Below, in pieces: positions 1 through 9,768 of a stretch of 35,494 nt of DNA (position 1 is the stretch's first letter; each line of letters begins with the position of its first letter). A model generated the notes under the pieces. The model did not search any database and was not told where the DNA came from. It saw nothing but the letters and a program-made list of their open reading frames with translations. The position numbers were made by a program, and so were the translations under genes. The DNA is from a virus. Taxonomy: Duplodnaviria > Heunggongvirae > Uroviricota > Caudoviricetes. The stretch is from the IMG/VR virus record IMGVR_UViG_2724679140_000015; one strand, given 5' to 3'.

Positions 1-270
1 TTAATGAGCGTCGATAAATACAATCTTCAGGATAAACATCAGCGCAACGATGATTACGCACGGGCTAAGGTCACGCAGACGCCCGGTACCAATCTTCATC
101 ACGCAGTAGGAGATAAAGCCCAGCGCAATACCTTCGGTAATCGAAAAGCTGAACGGCATCATCACGGCGGTAATAAACGCCGGAACAGATTCAGTAAGAT
201 CCTGCCAGTTCACGCGAGCAAGACTTGAGGTCATCAACACGCCAACGTAGATCAACGCGCCAGCTGCAGC
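1..270 (-). pseudogene. 3' fragment of a host membrane transporter gene (resembles the C-terminus of NCS2/AzgA-type purine permeases), apparently truncated by prophage insertion
   Basis: Minus-strand ORF ending with a stop at 1-3; hydrophobic transmembrane-like sequence; the frame only stays open to ~327 by read-through into phage terminal sequence. Family assignment is from memory of permease C-termini. Confidence 0.4.
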
Positions 271-279
271 TGATGCGGC

Positions 280-312
280 GCGAGATAAATAACACAAAAA
301 AGCGAGATAAAT
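280..312. repeat. Two 11-bp direct repeats GCGAGATAAAT (280-290, 302-312), 22 bp start-to-start; candidate transposase binding sites at the prophage terminus
   Basis: Exact repeat read directly from sequence; the spacing matches the ~22-bp periodicity of Mu end-binding sites. Confidence 0.5.
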
Positions 313-466
313 GGAACAAGCTTTACGTTACGGATATTGAAAAAGAATTGCAATTTTACACAATAGCTTCAAACCTTAACCCTGGCCTCATCACTTGTAA
401 ATATCCATGTTATTCTTTTGTATCAACTAACCTGTAACAGAAATGCATATATTCAGACATACACCA

Positions 467-506
467 GCCTGTACTCATGGATTTTACCGCCATCATGAGT
501 ACAGGC
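467..506. repeat. Perfect 13-bp inverted repeat (GCCTGTACTCATG / CATGAGTACAGGC) with a 14-nt loop, between the last tail gene and the phage end
   Basis: Read directly from sequence; no clear U-tract, so terminator function is uncertain. Confidence 0.4.
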
Positions 507-521
507 CGTAATTGTAGATAA

Positions 522-1142
522 CTATTCAGGTTTCTGAGGGAATTCGATGTCCTGGTTTATTTCTGGATTAACGTCACTAAGTCTTATTGTGTAGATCTCC
601 CACGCTTTAAGCAGTTCTTTTTCTTCATCTGATGCAAGTTCCAGACGAACTTTTCGCTCAAGCTGAGCGATGCGTGTTTCCGCTTCTTCTGATAACACTG
701 CTTTGTGTTTTCTGACAGCATCAATCCTGGCTTTTCTGGCTGCTTCTTTGTCCTCCACCCAGCGATGGCCATCCCATCTGTCAAATTCGCTTGTGGGTTT
801 GTGCATTGTTAATATTTCGGGCAACGGACCAATAAAATTAATGGTTACGGACTCTCTGGTTTGTGTATTAAAGGCTTCCATCCCACGATAATCGTCGACA
901 ATTTCCCAGGCTGTTCCATCTTCCGTGCGTCGAACCGCCTGACTGGCTTTTACTGGTAACTGAGGTTCATCCAGATATGCACCTTCTGACAGGGACACAT
1001 CGAACATGACATATTCCATGGTGGACCCCATGTATTCGCGTGTTACAGGATTAGCAAGGTAGCATTTAACCCATCCGGCCACGCTGGCCAGACCGTTATC
1101 ACCAATTTTTCCTTCCTGAATATTGACGTTATATTTTTGCAT
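522..1142 (-). CDS. tail fibre assembly protein (Mu U / P2 G-like chaperone)
   Basis: 206-aa ORF directly downstream of the tail fibre gene; C-terminal region fits the tail fibre assembly chaperone pattern. Confidence 0.55.
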   Translation of the reverse strand: MQKYNVNIQEGKIGDNGLASVAGWVKCYLANPVTREYMGSTMEYVMFDVSLSEGAYLDEPQLPVKASQAVRRTEDGTAWEIVDDYRGMEAFNTQTRESVTINFIGPLPEILTMHKPTSEFDRWDGHRWVEDKEAARKARIDAVRKHKAVLSEEAETRIAQLERKVRLELASDEEKELLKAWEIYTIRLSDVNPEINQDIEFPQKPE

Positions 1143-2134
1143 TATTTAGCCCTCACGATATATAAAAAAGCGATATTTCGCGGACGCGTTTCATTTGCAC
1201 CTTCATCATTTCCTACAGTGCGAATCGTTACCGAAAAACCACTGCCTACTGGATATTCATAATCCATAACTGGGGTATTGCCGAATTGCTGACTGAGGAT
1301 GCGTCTTCCTGTATCCACACCACGACCATTATCCCAGCCACGAATAAATTCACCGCGCAAATCCGGCAGGACACCACCTGGATAGGCAGAAGCCAGCCCG
1401 GGGTAGGTGGACGGGTTAAATCGTTGTCCGTTACAGATTAAGTAACCCGATGGCGGTGTGGCTAATGGCCAGGGAAGTGGTGCTCCCACAGGATATATGT
1501 CCAGACCGTCCAGAAGCGAAGTTAAATCAGATTTTAATGCCAGTTCCCCATCCTTATCCGGGAAGCTGTAATAAGTCCATTTTCCCCTGCGTTTCAGTCC
1601 AATGTTATTTTTTAGTCCCGGTTCGAGCCTGAGACCGTTTACATCATTTAATGTGTAGATACTGAAAATATCCCTGACTTCAATACTTCCCTGAAAGCGC
1701 TGAATTGTACTTTTCGTCAGGTATGCAACACTTCCTGAATCCGGATACCTGGTATCTGATTCGGCTTTTGTATAGCAGTCAACGGGCTGGTTATTATCTA
1801 ATTTTGACTGCAGATCAGCGATTGCCCCTTTTACAAATTTTGTCGTGGCCAGCTTATTGCTGTTATCCGCTTTATCCGCAGTTGGTGCAGTCGGGGTGCC
1901 GCTAAACGCCGGAGATTCTTTGTGGGCATACTGGGTATGTGGATCAGATGCTTTTTGATGGTCCTCCAGTCCCTTATCCTGACGTTCAGCTTTCTTTTTT
2001 AAATATGCTGTTCTGTTTGCCAGTTGTTCAGCCTGTCGGTTTGCAATCCCCCCTGGACCACCCAAAACTGGATCAGAAACTTCAAGCTGGTAAATGCCGT
2101 CTTCCCAGACAGCAGATTCATTTAGTTTCGCCAT
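1142..2134 (-). CDS. tail fibre protein
   Basis: 330-aa ORF in tail fibre position after the baseplate genes; start overlaps upstream gene stop. Confidence 0.5.
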   Translation of the reverse strand: MAKLNESAVWEDGIYQLEVSDPVLGGPGGIANRQAEQLANRTAYLKKKAERQDKGLEDHQKASDPHTQYAHKESPAFSGTPTAPTADKADNSNKLATTKFVKGAIADLQSKLDNNQPVDCYTKAESDTRYPDSGSVAYLTKSTIQRFQGSIEVRDIFSIYTLNDVNGLRLEPGLKNNIGLKRRGKWTYYSFPDKDGELALKSDLTSLLDGLDIYPVGAPLPWPLATPPSGYLICNGQRFNPSTYPGLASAYPGGVLPDLRGEFIRGWDNGRGVDTGRRILSQQFGNTPVMDYEYPVGSGFSVTIRTVGNDEGANETRPRNIAFLYIVRAK

Positions 2135-2715
2135 TACTGATGACTCCCATAATTATAATTACTGTCATAACAGGCTTCTGCGTTATAACGAACGGGTACA
2201 GACTGATAATCAAGGCTAATAAGATGGCATCGCGCGGGGGCAAAAAATGAAAGTACACGGCGTAATAATGTTGCCTGGTCATTAGTTATTGGCCTCTGTA
2301 ATATTACTCTGTATATAGCCCAGGAACTTTCGTCACCATAAAGGCAATACCCATTGAACTGTCTTTGGCCGTTATAATGTAATCCCCCCAGGCCTTCGAT
2401 TATGTCTACCTCCCCAAAACCGAAACGCCGAATAATCTCTCTGACTGACCACGGCGTTCCTTTGTAGCGGTGCAGCTCGATAGCAGATTTGATAAGCATG
2501 CGACGAACATCGTCCGATTCAGCAAGCTCCCAGCCATCACCGAACAGTGAGAACTGCTCGCCCAACCATGGCAGCGCGGAACTGTCGACGATATCGACGA
2601 GACAGACCATCAGTACGCTCAGGTCAATGTTATCCAGCCGCCCGGCCAGTCTTCCCAGTGTTCTGAGACTGATATCACCCTCAAGCGGTGGCGGGAGTTG
2701 TAACGGCTCAGTCAT
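2134..2715 (-). CDS. baseplate/tail protein (Mu gp48 / P2 gpI-like)
   Basis: 193-aa ORF; synteny after J-like baseplate gene. Confidence 0.45.
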   Translation of the reverse strand: MTEPLQLPPPLEGDISLRTLGRLAGRLDNIDLSVLMVCLVDIVDSSALPWLGEQFSLFGDGWELAESDDVRRMLIKSAIELHRYKGTPWSVREIIRRFGFGEVDIIEGLGGLHYNGQRQFNGYCLYGDESSWAIYRVILQRPITNDQATLLRRVLSFFAPARCHLISLDYQSVPVRYNAEACYDSNYNYGSHQ

Positions 2716-3811
2716 CGGACACTCCGGTCATGTTAAGAGTGATCGCCGTACAGTTTGCCCATTCGTTTTCTGCCAGCACCCGTAGTGTCGGTGTCACCAG
2801 TTCAACCTGGTACACCCCGGAAACGGACAGCACACTGATAATCTGGCTGGGAACAATATCGCGCCCCAGCGTGGCAGTACGAGAAGCCACCCAGTTCTGT
2901 ATGGCACTGTTAGCGTTATCCTTTACCGAGTTGGCATCCTGATCACGATAGATCGTAATCCTGGCTTCAATAGTGTAATCCACTTGAACAGGTGTTTTCG
3001 CCCGCACGGTATCAGTGAGCGGCCTGACTTTTTCGTCAGAACAGAAACTCTCTACCAGAGTGAGGATACTGCTGTCTGGCAGACCAGTACTGAGCAGCGG
3101 ATACAGCTCGACAGTGCCAGGAACCGGGGATAGCACGGCGACGTCGACAATGCTGGGATGCGCGCCCATAGCATGAAAACGGTATGCACCACGGCTTCCG
3201 GCATTGGTGAAGGACTCCGGGGCCAGCCTGATACGCTCCCGGAGTCGGTCATTGTCTTCCTGCTCTGAACCACCAGAACTGGCCGTCAGATTGGTCACCA
3301 GCAGGTCAACATTATCAATCTCATCAAGCAACTGACTGACCTGCGCAGGTTGCCAGCCGTTGCCAGAGGTACCCGGCTCGGTACAGGTGGCCGGGGCATT
3401 GACCAGTTGCAATCCGGCCTTCAGCACCACATCTGTATTGGTGGCAAAAATAACACTGTCGGAAGCGCTGACACGGGTGCCTGCCGGGATCAGCACATCA
3501 ATGGCCAGTGCCTCATCCAAGGAAAACTGAAGTGTGGTGGTGGCAGGCTGCGCGGCAAGGCGGTACACACCAACCAGTTCACCGAGGTAGTCAATCATCG
3601 GCTCGCGGGAAAAGGCGACCAGATTCAGCTTCGCCGCTTCCTGTACCGCCACCCTGACCAGGGTTTCACGATAGGCCCACAGGTCGATCAACAGACGTTC
3701 TGCCTGCGCCGGATACAGCTTTTTTCCGGTATCTGCCTCATATTTCGCAATCATTTCTGCCGTGATTTTATCGGCATCGCGTTCAATAAAATCGGGTTCT
3801 GTCAGCGCCAT
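2708..3811 (-). CDS. baseplate J-like protein (Mu gp47-like)
   Basis: 367-aa ORF; position and size within the baseplate cluster. Confidence 0.55.
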   Translation of the reverse strand: MALTEPDFIERDADKITAEMIAKYEADTGKKLYPAQAERLLIDLWAYRETLVRVAVQEAAKLNLVAFSREPMIDYLGELVGVYRLAAQPATTTLQFSLDEALAIDVLIPAGTRVSASDSVIFATNTDVVLKAGLQLVNAPATCTEPGTSGNGWQPAQVSQLLDEIDNVDLLVTNLTASSGGSEQEDNDRLRERIRLAPESFTNAGSRGAYRFHAMGAHPSIVDVAVLSPVPGTVELYPLLSTGLPDSSILTLVESFCSDEKVRPLTDTVRAKTPVQVDYTIEARITIYRDQDANSVKDNANSAIQNWVASRTATLGRDIVPSQIISVLSVSGVYQVELVTPTLRVLAENEWANCTAITLNMTGVSDD

Positions 3812-4149
3812 AGCAGTTCCTGAGTACGGGGTTGTCCGTCTGAGCCTTTCCAGCTCACCCGGAGCGTAAGATGTTCGCCGTCGACGGCGGGTTTAACCGA
3901 CATAAGCTGGCAGCGGGGTTCCCAGCGCCTGATGGCATCGACGGATTCGCGAACCACATGCGGAATGGCCCGGTCGACAGGCCAGTCGATATAAAGGTGC
4001 AGATTGCTGCCGAACTCCGGGCGATGCGGGTCGCTGCCGCGGGGAGTCCGCAGGATGATCTGGATGGACTGCCGGATATCATCCAGCCCCCGGACGATTT
4101 CGCCGGGAGCCTGCAGAGCTGGTTGCCAGAATACTGAGGTCGTTTTCAT
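3802..4149 (-). CDS. baseplate protein, gpW/gp25-like
   Basis: 115-aa ORF between V-like and J-like genes. Confidence 0.5.
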   Translation of the reverse strand: MKTTSVFWQPALQAPGEIVRGLDDIRQSIQIILRTPRGSDPHRPEFGSNLHLYIDWPVDRAIPHVVRESVDAIRRWEPRCQLMSVKPAVDGEHLTLRVSWKGSDGQPRTQELLWR

Positions 4150-4204
4150 AGGAGCAGTATTGCCCCCGGAAGGGAACGCCGATATTAAAGGCGTTTAAGA
4201 AACT

Positions 4205-4717
4205 TCAGTGCGAGTGATGATTAGAGTTCTGGCCATCTGACAACATACTGCCTGTCGAGTGGGCATTGCCGTTAATTTCAAGGTTGCCATTTACAGTGGT
4301 GGTGTCAGCGGTCAGAACAATAGTTTTCCCTTTCAGGCTGATATCCACTGCAACCTCGATCACCACATGCTCAATACCGCCTTTGACTGTCAGCGTATGG
4401 GTCGCGCGGTTATAACTGAACTCCGCGCCATCAGCGTATTTCGTGCCCCGGACGTTTTTATCACTGAACGGTGGTTTATCGACGTCTGAGTACACCGCGC
4501 CCAGTATAACACCATCCTCGCCGTTAGCATCGAGCAACACCTCAACTTGTTCCCCCACGTCAGGGAGCCAGTAATCCTTATTATCCTGGGTATTGTGCTG
4601 CAGCACGTTAAGCCAGTTTGTGCGCAGGTTATCGCATTCAGGCAGACGCACGCGGGCCTGAACCCTGTCTGCATCAACGGCACTGACCGTACCGACCTGA
4701 CGGGTGACACCAGTCAT
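4205..4717 (-). CDS. baseplate spike/assembly protein V-like
   Basis: 170-aa ORF; synteny in baseplate cluster. Confidence 0.5.
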   Translation of the reverse strand: MTGVTRQVGTVSAVDADRVQARVRLPECDNLRTNWLNVLQHNTQDNKDYWLPDVGEQVEVLLDANGEDGVILGAVYSDVDKPPFSDKNVRGTKYADGAEFSYNRATHTLTVKGGIEHVVIEVAVDISLKGKTIVLTADTTTVNGNLEINGNAHSTGSMLSDGQNSNHHSH

Positions 4718-5868
4718 TTTTTCTTCTCCTTAATCACCGTCGATGTACTGCCATCCGGGTGATAAACCGTGAGTTTCTGAGTTTTTTGTTTTTTCCCTCT
4801 TGTGACTGGCCCCCGTGCCACTTCCAGCTCTGTGGTGTAGCCGCTGTTACGCTCAAACGCATGGCGGGCAGTAATTATCAGCCATGGACCGGATAACTGT
4901 CCAAAGCCCACCAGTTCAATTTTGTTGCCTGCTGTCAGTTGAGGCGTTCCCGTCAGCGTCAGGGAGCCGTTCTGCTGGTATTCGTTATATCTGGCCAGTG
5001 CTGAATCCGCTTTAATCCGGGCACTGTCCGGGTCGCTGACACGGCTGTTAACTTTAAGTGAGTCAGCGCTGGTAACCTTACCACCTTTGAGCTTTTTGTC
5101 GCTTTCACGGGTACCACCATCAGCTTCGTAGACGATCAGTTTTTTACTGCTGCTTTTCTGGTGTTTTACCTTTGCAGATTTATAGACCCGGTTGATGGTG
5201 TCACGCAGGGAAAAGCGGGCCACATCCTGCGGTTTTAACTGCCTGACCGGCTCCTGACTGCGCAGTGTGGCCAGATGAGAAAAAATCAGCTGGTCACTGA
5301 CAACTTTCACTGCATAACCATACTCGCTGGCCAGCCGGCGCAGAAAACCCACGTCGGTTTCAGCATACTGGGTCACCCGGTCGATTTTGATGGACTCAAT
5401 GCTGCCCACCAGTTTCAGCCGGTGCTTTCTGGCAATCCGCCCCGCAACAGCCGCCAGCGTGGTGTTCTCAAAACCACGGCTGGATTTAGTCCGCAGAGCA
5501 CTGTTAACCGAGGTGGCCACCCCACGGATAGCGACAACGGACGCGGGCGAACTCACTTCGATCTCGTCTATTGAAAATGTACCGCAGGACAGCAGTTTCT
5601 CGCCCTGATAGCCCATTTTCAGCGTCAGAGTATCACCCTTACCCGGATACCACTTATCCAGCCAGCGACCATCGGTATCGTCCAGCTCCACCTCGATGGT
5701 ATCGGACTCATTTTTGATGTTATCGCTCCAGGTCACACGGGTAACATAAGGCGCGATATCTGAGGTGATGTTTTTCTGCAGATACCACAGAGTGAATACC
5801 GGTGTCAGCACATCACTGACGCCGGTTAACGCTGATGCGCCTTGCGAAGTGCTCTTTATCTCAGCCAT
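4714..5868 (-). CDS. tail protein, P2 gpD / Mu P-like
   Basis: 384-aa ORF after the X-like gene. Confidence 0.55.
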   Translation of the reverse strand: MAEIKSTSQGASALTGVSDVLTPVFTLWYLQKNITSDIAPYVTRVTWSDNIKNESDTIEVELDDTDGRWLDKWYPGKGDTLTLKMGYQGEKLLSCGTFSIDEIEVSSPASVVAIRGVATSVNSALRTKSSRGFENTTLAAVAGRIARKHRLKLVGSIESIKIDRVTQYAETDVGFLRRLASEYGYAVKVVSDQLIFSHLATLRSQEPVRQLKPQDVARFSLRDTINRVYKSAKVKHQKSSSKKLIVYEADGGTRESDKKLKGGKVTSADSLKVNSRVSDPDSARIKADSALARYNEYQQNGSLTLTGTPQLTAGNKIELVGFGQLSGPWLIITARHAFERNSGYTTELEVARGPVTRGKKQKTQKLTVYHPDGSTSTVIKEKKK

Positions 5869-6071
5869 GGGGCAATATCCTCTTCTGTACGGGCATCTTC
5901 AGCCTCAATAACCGGGATCAGTAACAACAACCCGGAGGGCAGCACTGGCGTAATGGCCACGTGCGGATTGGCGGCAATAATCCGGGGATAGCCCAACGGG
6001 TCACCGTAGTACTGCCATGCCAGCGAATCCCAGCGCTCTCCGTCACAGGTAATATGTTCAAGAAACATCAC
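5856..6071 (-). CDS. tail protein X-like (LysM-like small tail protein)
   Basis: 71-aa ORF with a GxRWD...YYG...II.ANP pattern typical of P2 gpX-like proteins. Confidence 0.5.
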   Translation of the reverse strand: MMFLEHITCDGERWDSLAWQYYGDPLGYPRIIAANPHVAITPVLPSGLLLLIPVIEAEDARTEEDIAPWLR

Positions 6072-6952
6072 ACACTCCTCGTCAGTATTCTGGCGGCCAT
6101 TGCACTTAATCCCGGAGACATGCGGTTGAATGCGGTGCCGGCAGCGTTAAGCTGCCCGGAAACGGTATCCAGAGCACCTGCAATATTTCTTTTGTCCACA
6201 CCACTCAGCGCCGACTGCGCCTGCTGTACACACATGACTGCTTCGCTGGCTGTTCTGGCCAGACTGATGGCATCGGGCATGGATTCAGAGAGAGCATTAA
6301 ATGCCGGAATACTTTTCCCCAGAGATCCGGATATATTACCCAGTCCGCTCATCAGTCCCGGCACACGGGTCAGCGCGACAACGGGGTTACCTTTCATTTT
6401 CTGCGCCACCCGAACGGCACTGATGGTAGTCTGGAGTACAGACTGCGCCTGTTTCGCATAGTTGACACCGTTACGGACGAACTGAGCCACCCCGGAAGGC
6501 GATGGAACAGCACCAGATACGGCCCCGGCTCCGGGAACCTGCCTGCGTATTGCCGGCGGTTGCAGAGGATTTTTGGGGTCACCGGTGTATTCCCGGAGAG
6601 ACACGGTGGCACTGACAGCCAGCACGTTACCGGTGCTGTCTGTCTGCTCGCTGGTTGCGGTCACATCGGTAATCACGAACCAGCCGCGATAGTCACCGTT
6701 GCCGAAAACCAGCGCCAGTGCCTGATGGGCCTTCATGGCTGTTCGCAGTCTCGCCAGCTCCACGTCGGGCACACAATAATGCTGATGGAAGATCAGACTT
6801 ATCTGGATTTCGTCCAGCCTGTCGCCGACGAACTGCAGGCCGGGTTTACCCTCGATGCGGGCATGCTCCGCATAATCGACGCCGAACGTGGCCTCGAAGC
6901 CGTCCCAGTAGGTAATCAGTTCAAACTCAATATCACCCAGTACGGCAAACAT
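6068..6952 (-). CDS. DNA circularization protein N-like (tail protein)
   Basis: 294-aa ORF immediately downstream of the tape measure gene, as in Mu. Confidence 0.45.
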   Translation of the reverse strand: MFAVLGDIEFELITYWDGFEATFGVDYAEHARIEGKPGLQFVGDRLDEIQISLIFHQHYCVPDVELARLRTAMKAHQALALVFGNGDYRGWFVITDVTATSEQTDSTGNVLAVSATVSLREYTGDPKNPLQPPAIRRQVPGAGAVSGAVPSPSGVAQFVRNGVNYAKQAQSVLQTTISAVRVAQKMKGNPVVALTRVPGLMSGLGNISGSLGKSIPAFNALSESMPDAISLARTASEAVMCVQQAQSALSGVDKRNIAGALDTVSGQLNAAGTAFNRMSPGLSAMAARILTRSV

Positions 6953-9417
6953 CAGCTGTACTCCTTACGTTGTTTCTGAATCAGCAGACGCTCCAGCATT
7001 TTTTCCAGCTCATGCAGGCTCATATTCAGGGCACCAGTCAGCCCGGCAGGCGCTGCGGTTTCCTTACCATTGAGGAAAAACTGAGGATTAAAGCTGATCT
7101 GGATACTGCCAGACGTTCCACCGCCAGTGGCAGTTGCTCCACGGCCTGAATATCCGGCAGTCATAATTTCCGGCGACGGGATACGGGGAACATCCGGTGT
7201 CATTTCAGCGGCCAGACGCTGCCCGGCCAGAGCTGCAAGCGGAGTGGTTCGTTGCAGGCCAATGGCGGCCCCCTGTGCGATATTGTCACCAAATCCCATA
7301 AATACTCGACTCGGTGAATGGATGCCCAGCTTTTCGCTGAACCAGCCACTGATGCTGTCACTCATTTCGGTTATGCTGGTTTTGAGCGACTCCCATTTGT
7401 TTCTGATGCCATTTATCAGCCCGTCGATAAGATGACCACCGAAGTCGGTGAACTTCGTCGGCAAATCAACGCCGAGATATTTCAGCGCAGCTGCAAAGGC
7501 TTTATAAAGCAGCCCCGCAGGAGACCAGTTAACCAGCAGTTTACCAATTCCCACTATACCGCCGTTAAAGGCTTCTTTAATGTCAGCCCAGCGCTGTTTA
7601 AACCAGCTACTGACTGCGCCCCAGTTACGGTAGATAAGGTAAGCTGCTGCCGCAACGGCGGTGATAGCGAGACCGATGGGATTCATCAGCAGCGCCCGGC
7701 CAATCCAGAGAACGGCACGCCCGGCGATCATAATGCCGCGAACCAGCCCCCCTGAGAGCACACTACCCAGTGTTCTGGCTCCTCTGGCGACGGCACCAAA
7801 ACCTGTCACCAGCCAGCGGAGCTTACCGCCTTCCCCCAGTGCAAGCGTCAGACGAAGCCAGTTGGCCCGAAGCAAAACAGCATTTTTCCAGACGCTTACA
7901 AAGGGGGAAATAAGGAGATTCAGCCCAAGCTTGAGACCGATAGTGGCCATCCTGAAAGCGAGTAATGCGCCCACAACCTTTATGGTGCTGCTGACGAGCT
8001 GCGGATTTGCCGCTATCCATTTGCCAACGCTGTCCATTAAAGGAATAAATGTTTCACCCAACTGGAGCAAAGCCGGACGCAAGGATTGCCCGATGCTGAT
8101 AGCAGAATCATTAAAGCCGATCTGCATTCTGCGCCAGCGACCTTCAAGCGTATCATTCTGCTTTGCAGCATCCTTATCCAGGGTAGACATTGCAGCCGGA
8201 GCATTCATTTCCTGCTTACTGGAAAGGTATTTATCCCAGCCCTGTCGCATTGACAGTAAATGGTTGACAGTCTGAATATCGGTAAAGACCTCAGCCAGAC
8301 CAAATGACTCCATGAGTTTCTGCTGACCTTCCTGATCGCCTCTTGCTCCTGCGACTTTCCATTGCTGCAAAAACGCTTTGCCTTTACTGTCGATAAAACG
8401 GTTGGCAATCATCAGTGAAGCTTCGTACTGCGAAAAACCCTGAGCGACGTAATTCTGCATTGACCCCTGGTAATCTACCCCGGCTTTAGCATATTTCTGG
8501 ATGGTATCTCCGCGGCCCATCGCTGCCAGCCAGTTGGACATATTGGTGACCGCTTCCTCTGCAGAGCCACTACCTTTACCGACCTCCAGACTGGCAACAA
8601 TCTGGGTAATTGCATCTTTTCCATAAATGCCACGAGCAGCGAAGGCTTTAGCCATACCGGGTAATGCTTTTGCCATATCCTTCAGCTCAAATGACCCAAG
8701 TTTGGCTCCTGTTGCCGCAATACCAAACGCCTGTTCCAGTTCTTTCGCATCGGTGATTCTGAGCGCATCGCTGAAGGCATAAGTCATTTTGGCAAGGTCG
8801 GTCATATCGGCTTTGGTTGCTGTAGCGGTCTTTCCAAGCATCTCTGCAAACGTTGCTGCCCGTTCAGGGGCCATACCATCAGCAACTAATTGTCCGACTC
8901 CCCCTAACAGAGACTCCTGCAGTTGGTTAACCTTCAGTGCGGCCTGTCTGATAGCCAAGCCAATTGCACGTTCCTGTTTTGCATCCAGGTCTCCTGTGAC
9001 ACTGATATCCCGCAACTGTGATTCAAACGAGGCATATTGTTTAACCGAGGCTATGACCGGTGCGCCCAGCGTTCTGCCAATAGCATAGGTTTCTGCACCC
9101 TGACCATAGAGCGCCATGCGGTTAGCCTTCAACGCATCATCGGTGGCTGATACTGCTGACAGACGGCGCTGCTGACGTTCAATTTGCTCCATGGTGCGGC
9201 TTACCCGCAGCAACTCGCTGTTGAGACGCTGCATCCGGGAAGAACCCAACTGACCATAACGTTCTGTTGCCCGGGTTAAGGCATTCTGACGTTCCTGCAG
9301 ACGGCGGGAGGTATCACCAAGGGAATCAAGGGCGCGTCGGGTGCCACTGACGGCTGAGCGGAAGCTGCTCCCGACAATGCCGCCAATAATGACGCCGACT
9401 GAAAATTCACTGGCCAC
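6952..9417 (-). CDS. tail tape measure protein
   Basis: 821-aa ORF with long alpha-helical region and C-terminal hydrophobic/Gly-rich segments; follows chaperone ORFs. Confidence 0.7.
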   Translation of the reverse strand: MASEFSVGVIIGGIVGSSFRSAVSGTRRALDSLGDTSRRLQERQNALTRATERYGQLGSSRMQRLNSELLRVSRTMEQIERQQRRLSAVSATDDALKANRMALYGQGAETYAIGRTLGAPVIASVKQYASFESQLRDISVTGDLDAKQERAIGLAIRQAALKVNQLQESLLGGVGQLVADGMAPERAATFAEMLGKTATATKADMTDLAKMTYAFSDALRITDAKELEQAFGIAATGAKLGSFELKDMAKALPGMAKAFAARGIYGKDAITQIVASLEVGKGSGSAEEAVTNMSNWLAAMGRGDTIQKYAKAGVDYQGSMQNYVAQGFSQYEASLMIANRFIDSKGKAFLQQWKVAGARGDQEGQQKLMESFGLAEVFTDIQTVNHLLSMRQGWDKYLSSKQEMNAPAAMSTLDKDAAKQNDTLEGRWRRMQIGFNDSAISIGQSLRPALLQLGETFIPLMDSVGKWIAANPQLVSSTIKVVGALLAFRMATIGLKLGLNLLISPFVSVWKNAVLLRANWLRLTLALGEGGKLRWLVTGFGAVARGARTLGSVLSGGLVRGIMIAGRAVLWIGRALLMNPIGLAITAVAAAAYLIYRNWGAVSSWFKQRWADIKEAFNGGIVGIGKLLVNWSPAGLLYKAFAAALKYLGVDLPTKFTDFGGHLIDGLINGIRNKWESLKTSITEMSDSISGWFSEKLGIHSPSRVFMGFGDNIAQGAAIGLQRTTPLAALAGQRLAAEMTPDVPRIPSPEIMTAGYSGRGATATGGGTSGSIQISFNPQFFLNGKETAAPAGLTGALNMSLHELEKMLERLLIQKQRKEYS

Positions 9418-9510
9418 GGTGGCTATCCTCTGAAAGCAAAAAAAACGGAAGGGAAGTATCTGAAACCCATGTAGAACAGCCGCGACTGACGGCTGTTAAG
9501 TGATACGTTG

Positions 9511-9768
9511 TTACTGATTGTCGCCGAACTCGCTTTTGATTTGCTCTTCAGCCTGCTCCAGCCACATCTCCAGATCGTCAGTATCGAGGGCATCAATCTC
9601 CCCCGGCTGAAACCTGAACCACCTTGCCAGCAGCCCCTGCGCCTGCGTCAGCGTTTTTGTCGCTCTTGTCCAGCCCAGTGATTTTCTGAAATCGTTTCTG
9701 CAGCTCCATATAGTCGGCAAGATCCATGTTATCGAGGTCCTCCGGGAGGATACCAGTGCTACGGGCAA
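9511..9768 (-). CDS. candidate frameshift extension of tail assembly chaperone (GT-like product)
   Basis: 85-aa ORF overlapping the 3' part of 9593-9928 in the +1 frame, ending just before the tape measure start; classical position for a programmed frameshift. Confidence 0.35.
   Translation of the reverse strand: MPVALVSSRRTSITWILPTIWSCRNDFRKSLGWTRATKTLTQAQGLLARWFRFQPGEIDALDTDDLEMWLEQAEEQIKSEFGDNQ

Noticed and set aside
271-297. Extension of the permease-like ORF to a TTG start at 297
   Set aside because: The frame stays open only by read-through into phage terminal repeat sequence; the real gene is truncated at the insertion junction.
271-2134. Invertible tail fibre segment with gin-like invertase and mom-like gene at the late end
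   Set aside because: No recombinase ORF, no inverted alternative fibre genes and only ~250 bp between the tail fibre assembly gene and the terminus.
7318-8275. Plus-strand ORFs of 145 and 204 aa
   Set aside because: Antisense to the tape measure gene.
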